Source: an uncultured Verrucomicrobiae bacterium (GTDB taxonomy: Bacteria; Verrucomicrobiota; Verrucomicrobiia; Limisphaerales; JAFGQR01). Taken from it: DNA of 64,000 nucleotides. The stretch spans positions 1-64,000 of the forward strand of contig CAWBHS010000110.1 in NCBI GenBank assembly GCA_963788655.1, in the 5' to 3' direction. Below the pieces are notes generated by a model that saw only the letters and a program-made list of their open reading frames with translations, was not told the DNA's origin and made no database searches. Below, one piece after another: positions 41,701 to 52,137 of the stretch; the stretch's first letter is position 1; each line of letters begins with the position of its first letter. The translations under genes and the position numbers were made by a program.

Positions 41701-44420
41701 TCCCACGGGGGAATCCGTTTACCGGGGCGGTGAAGCCGGCTGGCCGGAAAGGGCTGCGCGCGGACATTTTTGGTGGAACCTGAGCGGTTACCATTCGGAA
41801 GGAGCCGGAACCTATGAAACCGCCGATGGTGCCGATGCCCCCGTCAGACAGCCGAACACCCCCGCCGGGCTGAGAGGAAGCTACAACCTGGAGGGGATCC
41901 AACAACTCATGGCTCCACCCCCTGTTGGTAAGAAAGATACTGGCTCATGCGAAGGACGACTACCTCGGCAGCCGCATCCCGGAAGCGGAAGCACGCTTGA
42001 AGGACTATGTCGCCGCGATCGAAACGTGCAAAGCGGACACCAACTACTGGGCAACTCTGAGCGAGATGGACCAGTTTGAACTGGAGCAGATGTGCAACGA
42101 GATGCAAATCCTGCGCCAACGGATCGCCAACGGCCTGGATTACTTTGGGAATCCGGCGGGGTGGGTGCCGATGCTGAGCTTCGAAGTGAACCAGACCTTG
42201 TTCAACAATGAAGTAGACCGCGCCATTGACATGCTCTATCTGTCATATTGGATTAGAAACAAGGCGGAGACTGAGCAGCAAAAAGTGGATGCCCTCTCCG
42301 CCGCACGCGACAAGTTGCGCGGCGAACTCGCCGAGGCCAAGACGAACTATAACGCGGCCGTGGACCGGCTTCCGGTCCTCAAGAACAAGGCGCTCACGCT
42401 GCAAAACCAAATCCTCGAAACGCAAATGGAGATGCAGTTCAAGGAGCAGGAGTTGCTCGAACAGACCGGTGATCCGGACTGGGTGACGGGCGTGAGGCTT
42501 GGCCTCAAGATGTCGGCCATGGTCTGCCAAATGGTCCCGGTCTATCAACCGGCCCTCGGGGCGGTCGGCGGCGGATTGAGGTTGGCGAGCGACTTTAATC
42601 CCGACACTCCCTGGACCACCATCACCGGCGCCGTGAATATCACAACCGCCTACTTGAACTCGTCCTACGAGAGCAAGGCCAAAGCACAGCAGAATGCGGC
42701 GCTAGGAATTGATCCCCAATCGGTTGAGTCACAGAAATTGCAATACCTCGGCAACCTGCGAACGGGCAGCACCGGCCTGTCGGCGGGGTTGAGCGACATC
42801 AACGGCTTTCTGGCTGCCCAGCAGGCGCCCAGCGCGGACATGCTGGCGGAACTGGAACGGCTCAAAAGTGAATCCCCGGAATACCAGGCGTTGGTCGAGA
42901 AGGTGCAGGGCCTGATGGCGGACGAGCGAAAATTTACCGACGAACTGATTACCACGATGCAGGCGGTCGCCACACTTTCCGACCTCATTACCCAGGACAT
43001 CCTGGCGATTGATGCCATGAACCGGCAGACTGCCTCGGGCCTGATCGTGCTCGACGAACGGGCCACGTCGTACTTGGGAGCCATGGAGCGGCGGGCTTAC
43101 GACCGGCTCCTGAAGTACCATTATTACATGGCCAAGGCGTACGAGTATCGCCTGCTTCAGCCCTACACCGCCCCGCTGGACCTCGAAGGGTTAATCACCA
43201 AGTTCCAGGACATTGCTGATTTAAACACGAACCAGTCGATCACCCCGGCACAGTTCAGTACTTTGAAAAGCGTGTTCAAGGATGCGCTGGCCCAGGTGGC
43301 AGAGACGATTTTCGATGAATACAATGCCAATCGGCCCGACAGCGCTGCGCCGAGGTTCTTTGAATTGACACCCGATCAGCTCGCCAAGCTCAACAGCAGC
43401 GGAACGGTGGTGGTCAATCTCGTCGAGGAAGGCCGGTTTTTCCCGTACGAAGAAAATGCGCGGATCATCCAGGTGGGCGTTGACAGCATCACCACCGCGC
43501 CAGTGGACGGAAACTACACGACAGCCTCCGAACTGGAGCTTTTCTGCGAGCATTCGGGCATCTCGAACTTGAAACTGGATGGGGTCGTGCATCAGTTCCG
43601 GCATTACAATCACGAAACCAAGAACCCCATCATCTGGGAAACCCGTTACTTTCCGTTCAACCAAGGCATCAGCAACTTGCAGATCAGCGCGGCCAGCACT
43701 TCTCTGTTGCGTTCGCTGCTGTCCGGAGACGCGGTGTCGGACATGCTGATTTACTCACGACCCGCCGCGTGGGCTGACCTGTACATCCGGCGCGATGTCG
43801 GTGGGCCGGTGGGGATCAACATCACGTCGCTGCGATTCGTGATGAATTATGACTTCACGCCGCGCAGCACGCCGACCCTGTTCAGGAATCTCGACGTGTC
43901 TGTGACCACGGCACTACCGGATGGCCAGGGCCAGATTGTCACCAATCAGTCGAGCATCACTCCCTACTTCATTGTGGACACTCCGGACGTGAACGGTCGG
44001 CAGGATGCCCGCGGGCAGTTCCTGCGCATTTATTTCGATTCCGAAACGGTGAACGTGACCGCTCAGGCCGACTACGGCGGGCTGGTTTTCGGCAAATGGA
44101 CTGACCGGTACGGCCGGGATTTGCCGGGCGGACCGCAAACCAACGCCACCATCCATTTGACCCTGACTGATGATAAAGCCATCTGCGCGCAGTACGTGCC
44201 GCTGACTTCCGTGCCACGCGTCCTGAGTTGGCCCGTTTTCTCCGCCCTTGGGGATACCTTTGCGCTCTCCTGGAACGGTTGTGGCAAGTTGAAGCTCCAG
44301 ACGGCCGCCAACTTGACCCCACCTGTCCCCTGGCAAGACGTGCCCGATTCAGTGAGCCGGAGCACCGTTGACCTGCCCACGACCAACAGCACGATGTATT
44401 TCCGACTCGTAATGCCCTGA
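38779..44420 (+). CDS. Giant (~1,880 aa) secreted multidomain protein; frameshifts ~39200 and ~41895
   Basis: ORFs 38779..39240, 39149..42079 and 41925..44420 join. Signal peptide; DSGPGSLRAAI; Gly-rich tract; LGPLQNN...LLPGSPAIDAG...DQRG...CDLGAYE; FN3-like domain; long helical region; terminal YFRL. Confidence 0.8.
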
Positions 44421-44630
44421 CGCCCACCGGAAGGCCTTGAATGGTTAACGGGTTGAAACGTTCGAGGCGGAAATGGTGGAGCGGCTCGCGTGGGTTACGG
44501 ATAATTTGCGGGATCGAGCTTCGCCTTTTTCTTTGCGTGGGCTGTGACAATCAAAGCGGGAGCAAGCTTCATGCACTCTGAATACGTCGCGACTTTTGGA
44601 AGCCGCTATCCACTCGTTGTGGGTACGTCC

Positions 44631-45203
44631 TTATTTTGCCTGGTTCGCAAACTCATTACGGTAGTGTTCCCGACGTTCCATCACGGTTTGCACGTAGCGG
44701 CGGGTGCTGGGAAACCCGATTTGCCGGATGAACAAAATGCTGTTGGTGGCCGCCGCACCTCGGCTCCATTTGGCTACGTTGGATGGCCCCGCGTTGTAAG
44801 CGGCCAGCGCATACGGAACCGGATCGTCGGTCTTGGCATAGCGACGGAGCTGTTTGCGCAAATACCACGCGCCCGCCATGACGTTGCGGACTGGATTGAA
44901 CATCTGGAGGTGATTGAATCCCGCCAACCCTTCGGCGTTGGCCCATTCCTGGGCCGCCTCCGCGCGCAGTTGCATCAATCCGACTTCCCCTTTGGTTCCC
45001 TTGGCCTGGGGATTGAACCGGCTTTCCCGCCAGACGACGGCTTTGATCAAGGCGGCATCCATTCCGTAACGCCGCGCCGCTGCCCGGATGGCCCCATCCT
45101 GACTGTGGTCCCGCGAATATTGCCAATACTGAAGCAGCGCGATCATCCCGCCCAGCAGGATAATCGCGAGCCACCACCAGCCATGTCGCCGCATCCAATC
45201 CAT
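44631..45203 (-). CDS. Lytic transglycosylase (SLT domain)
   Basis: AVVWRESRFNP, GLMQL, ALAAYNAG, TRRYV; N-terminal TM. Confidence 0.92.
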   Translation of the reverse strand: MDWMRRHGWWWLAIILLGGMIALLQYWQYSRDHSQDGAIRAAARRYGMDAALIKAVVWRESRFNPQAKGTKGEVGLMQLRAEAAQEWANAEGLAGFNHLQMFNPVRNVMAGAWYLRKQLRRYAKTDDPVPYALAAYNAGPSNVAKWSRGAAATNSILFIRQIGFPSTRRYVQTVMERREHYRNEFANQAK

Positions 45204-45320
45204 TACATCCAGTCCGTTGAATCCGTTGTCCGCACCACCAAGCCATAAAGTTGCCGCGAAGAAAATCCTCTTTTCATTCCTGGTCGCTTGTTCGTGGCTC
45301 GGTTGGTAATTTCGGAACGC

Positions 45321-48300
45321 ATGATCGCGCGTGTCACCTTGGAAATCGCGCTCCGGAAGGAGTTCGACTACTTGATTCCGCCCGAATTGGCCGGGCGGAT
45401 CGAGGTGGGCAGCCGCGTCAAAGTGCCCTTCGGCCCGCGGCAGGTGATGGGGGTGGTTACCGGCCTGCCGGAAGCCTCACCGCATACCAACTTGCGGAGC
45501 ATAGTCAAAGTGATCGGCGCCCAAAGTCCCGTCACGCCCAAGGTGCTGGCGCTGGCCCGCTGGATTGCCGAGTACTATTGTTGCCCGACCGAGATTGCCC
45601 TCAAGAGCGTGCTGCCCGAAGCGGTGCGCCGCGAAAAACAAGGCTGGCGCGAACGCCTGTTTGTGCGGGCCCTACCGGTGACCGGCGAACCACCCAAGCT
45701 GACCCAACGCCAAGCCGAAGTGTGGAAGGTGATTACGGAATGGCACGAGCTGCCGTTGACCGAAATACTGCGCGTCGCCGACACCACGGCTGAAACTATT
45801 CGCCGGCTTGAAGATAAAGGCTTGGTCGCGATTCATTCGCAAGTGTCCGAGCGGGATCCTTACGCCCACGAACATATTCTGCCCACGCAGCCGCTGACGT
45901 TGAACCCGGAACAAAGCCGGGCATTGCGGGCCATCCTGGAAGCGATGGACCGCCCGCAACGTGCTGCCGGCGTCTCGCCGGCAGAAACGGACACGCCGGG
46001 TGCGCTCGCACTACGCGCACGCTCGAACTCTCCCCAGTCCGATGCGGATCCCCTGTTCGGTCTGCCGGCAGGATGCCGGCAGCACGCTCCGGCCAACGTG
46101 CTGCTGGCGTCTCGCCGGCAGAAACGGACCCGCCGGGCACGCTCGAACGATCTTCCCAGTCTGATGCGGATCCCCCGGTCGGTCTGCCGGCAAGATGCCG
46201 GCAGCACGCTCTAGCCAACGTGCTGCTGGCGTCTCGCCGGCAGAAACGGACCCGCCGGGCACGCTCGAACGATCTTCCAGTCTGATGCGGGCTCCCCCGT
46301 TCGGTCTGCCGGCAGGATGCCGGCAGCACGCTCCAGCCATCAAGACGCACAACGTCCCATTTCACCTTTCTTCAACAAAGACGCCCTGACTGAAAAGTAT
46401 TCCGGTTGGCTGCCTCATTGGCGGCAGGCAAGCAAGCTCTACTTTGTTACCTTTCGGCTCAATGATTCGGTGGCCCAGGATCGACTCCGCGCCTGGACCG
46501 AGGAAAACCGCATCTGGCTTTCCTGCCATCCCCAGCCGTGGAGCGACCACGATTGGAAAGAATACCACGAACGGTTTACTGAACGGATGGAGGCATTTTT
46601 GGATGCGGGCTATGGTTCATGTGTCCTCGCCCTCCCGGACATCGGCAAGCTGACCGAAGACGCACTGCATCATTTCGACGGCAACCGTTATCGGCTGGGC
46701 GACTATGTCGTGATGCCCAATCATGTTCACGTTTTGGTACAACCTGCCGGCGATCAGGATCTATCGTCGATTCTCCACTCTTGGAAGTCATTTACGGCCA
46801 AGCAGGCCAATCAACTGCGAGGAACATCCGGCGCATTCTGGCAGGATGAATACTTTGACCACTTGGTGCGAAGCGAAGCTCAATACAACAAGTTTTGTCG
46901 TTACATTCTGGAGAATCCGTCACAAGCTAATCTGCCGCCAACCCGCTACCGGTTGGGGAAAGGCACCTTCGCGCTTCAGCGTGCTCCGGGAGTCGGGTCG
47001 GCGGAACCGAACGCTCAGTGTGCGCTTGAAATCCAGTCACCGATCGAACCGACTATCTCCGCTCGATCTGCCGGCAAGATGCCGGCAGCACGCGCTCAGC
47101 CAACGTGCTGCTGGCGTCTCGCCGGCAGAAACGGACCTGTTGGGTGCGCTCGGACTATCTCCCCAGTCTGATGCGGGATTCCCCGTTCGGTCTGCCGACA
47201 GGATGCCGGCAGCACGTTGTTCCAGCACCACCTTTCTGCTTCACGGCGTCACCGGCAGCGGCAAGACGGAGATCTACTTGCAGGCCATCGCCCACGCGCT
47301 GGAGCAGGGCAAGGGCGCGATTGTGCTGGTGCCGGAAATTTCGCTGACTCCGCAAACCGTCGAACGGTTCAAAGCCCGGTTCTGTTCGGGCCAATTGCAG
47401 ACGCTGGTGGCGGTGCTGCATAGCCATTTGTCCGCTGGCGAACGGCATGATGAATGGCACAAGATCCGTCAGGGCCGTGCCCGCATTGTCATCGGCGCGC
47501 GCTCAGCTATTTTCGCGCCGGTGGAGCCGCTGGGATTGATCATCGTGGACGAGGAACACGAGCATACCTACAAGCAGGAGGAAGCCCCGCGTTACCACGC
47601 CCGCGACGTGGCGGTGGTGCGCGGTCAACGGAAGGTGCGGTCGTGGTGCTCGGTTCGGCCACGCCTTCGATGGAGAGTTATTACAATGCCAAGCGGGGCA
47701 AATACCAACTGCTCGAATTGCCCGACCCGCGTCGATGACCAAAAAATGCCGATCGTACGCGTGGTCGACATGCGCATGGAAACGCGCAAACAAAAAGGCA
47801 CCCCGATCTTCTCGCCTCAACTTAAGGAAGCAATCACCCAGCGACTTGAGAAACATGAACAGGTGATTTTGTTTCTCAACCGGCGTGGCTACTCGACGTT
47901 CGCTGCAATGTCCGCAATGCGGTTACGTGGCCGAATGCCCGAATTGCAGCGTCGCCCTGACCTACCATCGCCCGGTGCAAAAACTCCTCTGCCACATCTG
48001 CGGGCACGAAGCCGTCGCCCCGAAGGTGTGCCCCAATGAAACGTGCCGCAATCCGGCCATCCGCTACGCCGGACTCGGCACGCAGAAGGTCGAGGAAACC
48101 CTGGGCAAACTGTTTCCGCACGCGCGGATCACGCGCATGGACTCCGACGCGCTGAAGCGGAAGGACGATTACCGCCGCATCCTGAGCGAATTTCGCTTGG
48201 GCAAAATTGATATTCTGTCGGCACGCAAATGATTGCCAAAGGGCTGCACTTCCCAAACGTGACGCTGGTGGGCATCATCTACGCCGACCTGAGTCTGCAC

Positions 48301-48799
48301 ATTGCCGACTTCCGCGCTGGCGAACGCACGTTCCAACTGCTCACCCAGGTGGCCGGACGAGCCGGGCGCGGCGACGTGGAAGGCGAGGTGTTTGTGCAGG
48401 CGTTCACCCCGTTTCATCCGGCCATTCAATATGCGCGCCGTCACGATTTCGTCGGGTTTTACGAGCAGGAAATCGAGTCGCGGACAGCTCAAATATCCGC
48501 CGTTCAGCCGGATGGCGCTGTTGATACTCAAAGGCCGCAACGAGGATAAAGTCCGGTTTGCCGCCGACCATGTGCGCCGGGAGCTGGACCCGGCAACCGC
48601 GACGCTGGCCGACTTGGTCATTGCCGGGCCGGCGCCGGCGCCGTTGCTGCGAGCGGAAACGTTTTACCGCTACCAACTCATGATGCGCACGCGGCAGATG
48701 TCCCACTTGAGCCGCATACTGGCCAAGTTGACCGAAGGACTTGTCCTCCCGGAAGGCGTCACACTCACGGTGGACATTGATCCGGTGAACCTGGCTTGA
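45321..48799 (+). CDS. priA: Primosomal protein N' with an internal REP-RAYT insertion; several frameshifts
   Basis: EFDYLIP, RVKVPFG, WIAEYY, LNPEQ; then [83 protein letters not shown]. Confidence 0.93.
45957..46337. repeat. Three tandem REP family A doublets inside priA (137, 122 and 122 bp as read)
   Basis: Units begin CAACGTGCTG at 45957, 46094 and 46216. Confidence 0.92.
46338..46976 (+). CDS. rayT: REP-associated tyrosine transposase (RAYT/TnpA-REP, HUH Y1 nuclease) nested in priA
   Basis: LPHW...[15 protein letters not shown] (HUH), [24 protein letters not shown] (catalytic Tyr); flanked by REPs. Confidence 0.93.
46977..47219. repeat. Two REP family A doublets (first degenerate) between RAYT and the PriA helicase core
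   Basis: Units start at 46977 and 47101; the end GCCGGCAGCACGTTG is a perfect 15-bp inverse of 45957..45971. Confidence 0.9.
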
Positions 48800-49288
48800 C
48801 AACGTGCTGCCGGCATCCTGCCGGCAGATTTGGAACGGCGCGTGGGAAGTCACGCCAGTGGACAAAGTCGGAGCTGGCTCCTGCGTTCGTTTCTGCCGGC
48901 GGGACGCCGGCAGCACGCTGCCCAATGTGCTGCCGGCATCCTGCCGGCAGATTTGGAACGGCGCGTGAGCAGTCACGCCAGTGGGCAAAGTGGGAGCTGG
49001 CTCCTGCACTCGAATCTGCCGGCGGGACACCGGTAGCACGCTGCCCAACGTGCTGCCGGCATCTTGCCGGCAGATTTGGAACGGCGCGTGAGCAGTCACG
49101 CCAGTGGGCAAAGTGGGAGCTGGCTCCTGCGTCCGTTTCTGCCGGCGGGACGCCGGTAGCACGCTGCCCAATGTGCTGCCGGCATCTTGCCGGCAGATTT
49201 GGAACGGTGCGTGGGAAGTCACGCAAGTGGGCAAAGTCGGAGCTGGTTCCTGCATTCGTATCTGCCGGCGGGACGCCGGCGGCACGCT
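48800..49288. repeat. Tandem array of 4 x 123-bp REP family A doublets (BIME-like)
   Basis: Units start at 48800, 48923, 49046 and 49169; near-identical linkers. Confidence 0.95.
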
Positions 49289-49378
49289 GTTGGCGGCAGC
49301 TTAAACCCTCATGTCTCCCATTTCATTTCCGGGCTTTCGTTGTGCGGTGGTTCCTGCTAAACACGCCTCACAGACCAG

Positions 49379-52013
49379 ATGAAAACCAACTTGCTTCTAT
49401 TGATCGCCGCAGTGTGTTTCTGCGTTTCCGCCAACTGGGCGCACTCCGAGGACGAACTTGATCTCGGCCGCGAGGCCGCAGCTTTTTGGCAGGATTCAGC
49501 GGACGTCCCGACGCGCCAATATGCACCCAGCCGGAAGATCGACATTTTGCACCTGGCCCTCGACATCACGCCGGATTTCGAGCAACGCCGCATTCAGGGC
49601 ACCGCCATACTGCAGTTTAAACCGATCGCCCTGCCGTTACCGGAGCTGTGCCTGGATGCCGTGGACTTGGAGATTCAATCGGTGACGGCCACCGAAAAAG
49701 TCATGGGCTGGCAAACCACCGACGAGCACTTGGTAGTGACCTTCGACGAATCCATCACGCCCGGCAAAGAAACGACGGTGACCGTCCATTACCGGGCCAC
49801 GCCGAAACGCGGGCTCTATTTCCGCACGCCGGAGTTGGGTTATCGCCCCGAGGACATCCATTTGTGGACCCAGGGCGAATCCATTCAGGCGCGGTATTGG
49901 TATCCGTGCTACGACTCACCGAATGAAAAATTCACTTCGGAAATCACTTGCCGTGTTCCCCGGGGCATGATGGTGCTTTCCAACGGAAAACTCATGTCCG
50001 AAGAAGGCGACGCCGGCTCGGACCGAGTGGCGGTGCGCTGGCTCCAGGACAAGCCGCACGTCAATTATCTGATCTCCCTGCTCGCCGGGTATTTCAAGGG
50101 CCTGCACGACACGTATCGGGACATCCCGGTCAGTTTTTATACGCCGGTGTCCGAATTCGCGTGGGCCAGCAATTCGTTTGCGGGCACCAAAGACATGCTG
50201 GCGTTCTTCGAGCAGGAAATCGGTGTGCCGTATCCCTGGGCGAAATACGATCAGGTGTGCGTACAGGATTTTGTCGTCGGGGGCATGGAAAACACCAGTA
50301 TCACGACCCTGACCGACCGCACGTTGCACCCGTCGGCATTCGAGGATTTGCGCAGCAGCCAAGGGCTCGTCGCCCACGAAATGGCCCATCAATGGTTTGG
50401 CGATTTGGTGACCTGCAAGGATTGGGCGAACGTATGGCTCAACGAGGGTTTTGCCACCTATTACGAGAAGCTTTACGACGCACACCAACATGGCCGGGAT
50501 CAATTTCTTTACCGGATGTATCAGACCGCCCAGGGCATTCTCGCTCACGCCAACGACACGAATGCGATTGTCCGGCGCGATTTCAAGAAACCCGACGAAC
50601 AGTTTAGTTATCTCGCGTACCCAAAAGGCGCGTGGGTGTTGCACATGCTCCGTTGCCAACTGGGACCGGAGCTCTATCGACGTTGCATCCGGACTTATGT
50701 CGAACGCCATCAATATGCCACGGTCGTCACGTCCGACCTGATTGCGGTTATCGAGGAACTATCCGGCCGCTCGTTCGACCAATTCTTCGATCAATGGGTT
50801 TACCATGCCCATTATCCGGAACTGGCCATCAACTACGGTTGGGACGAACGCAGCAAACTGGCCAAAGTGACCGTGCGCCAAACGCAGAAACTCAGTGCCA
50901 ACGTGCTGCTGTTCCGACGTGCCGCTCCCGGTGCGCTTCAAAGGCAAATTCGGCGCCCTTGACCGGAAGATCATCGTGAACGAACCGGCGGAAGATTTCT
51001 ATTTTCCACTGCCCGAACGTCCGGAAATTGTGCGCCTCGATCCCGAATTGACCCTGTTGGCGAAGATCAACTTCCGACCGCCCACCGCGATGCTGCACGC
51101 CCAATTGGCCGATTCGACGGACATGCTCGGACGCCTGCTGGCGGTGGAACAATTGAGTGGCAAACGCGAAGCGTTGGACCGGTTGCAGGCCGCCCTGGGC
51201 CATGATCCATTCTACGGAGTGCGCCTCGCGGCGTCCAAGGCGATCCGTGCCGTCGGCTCGGATGAAGCCCTTGAAGCGCTGCTGAAATGCCTAAACGAAT
51301 CGGCCAAGAATGCGCAGGTGCGCGAGCGACTGGTGACGGACGCGACGAGTTTCTATCGCCAGAAAAGCTGGTCCACGGCGTTGAAGATTGCGGACGAGGA
51401 CGACAATCCCGACATTCAAGCGGTGGCCATTACGGCGCTGGGCGCTTGTCCTTCCGAGCAAGCCAAGGCCAAGATGGTGGACTTCCTGAGCGCTCCTTCG
51501 TTTCGCAATGTCCTGGCCGACGCCGCCATTGCGGCGATGCGGTCGCAGGATGATCCCGTTTACGTCGAACCTTTGCTGGCTTGTTTGCGGACCAACGAAA
51601 CGGCGTTTACCACCCGCGGATTTTCCCGCGCATTGGATACGCTGGCCTGGCTGGCACGCCATGACGAACATAAAGAACGCGTCCGGGAGTTTCTCTTGAG
51701 TCACATAAACCACCCGAAAGACCACGTTCAACGAGCCGTCATCAGTGCGTTGGGAACGCTGGGTGATTCTCAAGCGATTGCCGCGCTGGAGCGGTTCACG
51801 TACGGCGACGAGGATAGTCCCCTCCGGACGGCGGCGGATAAAGCCGTGGCCGCCCTGCGCGAGGAAAGAAAACCGGCCGTTGAGTTTCGTGCGATGCGGA
51901 AAGAAGTGCTGGACCTGCAACGAGCCAATCGTGATTTGCGAAAGGAACTGGACGACTTAAAGAAGCAGGTGGAGGCCGCAACCTCCCGCGAGCAAAAAGC
52001 AACTGCGCCATAG
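49379..52013 (+). CDS. M1-family aminopeptidase with C-terminal HEAT repeats and coiled coil; frameshift ~50918
   Basis: GGMEN, HEMAHQWFG...WLNEGFATY, YPKGAWVLHML. Confidence 0.93.
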
Positions 52014-52137
52014 CCGTTCAAAAAATCGATTCGGAGTTCCGCCGTCGGGCAGCAGGCAGCCAAAACAGGTAGCGCGGATATTTATCTCCCAAACTGTACT
52101 CGACGTAACCATTCCGGAAATTACACTTCCGCCCGTT

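Noticed and set aside
46338..46976. Ordinary IS200/IS605 insertion
   Set aside because: No tnpB; the motifs (LPHW, FVTFRL, MPNHVH, WQ..YFDH, YI..NP) and multiple flanking REP doublets fit RAYT.
45957..47220. Intein in PriA
   Set aside because: No N-terminal Cys/Ser splicing block, no His-Asn at the C-terminal junction and no LAGLIDADG motifs. The insert is RAYT plus REPs.
48800..49288. CRISPR array
   Set aside because: The linkers are near-identical rather than unique spacers, the repeats alternate in orientation, and there are no cas genes. It is a REP tandem array.
48404..49461. Repeat-protein ORFs 48404..49285 and 48796..49461
   Set aside because: They are open frames through the 123-bp REP array; there is no independent evidence of coding.
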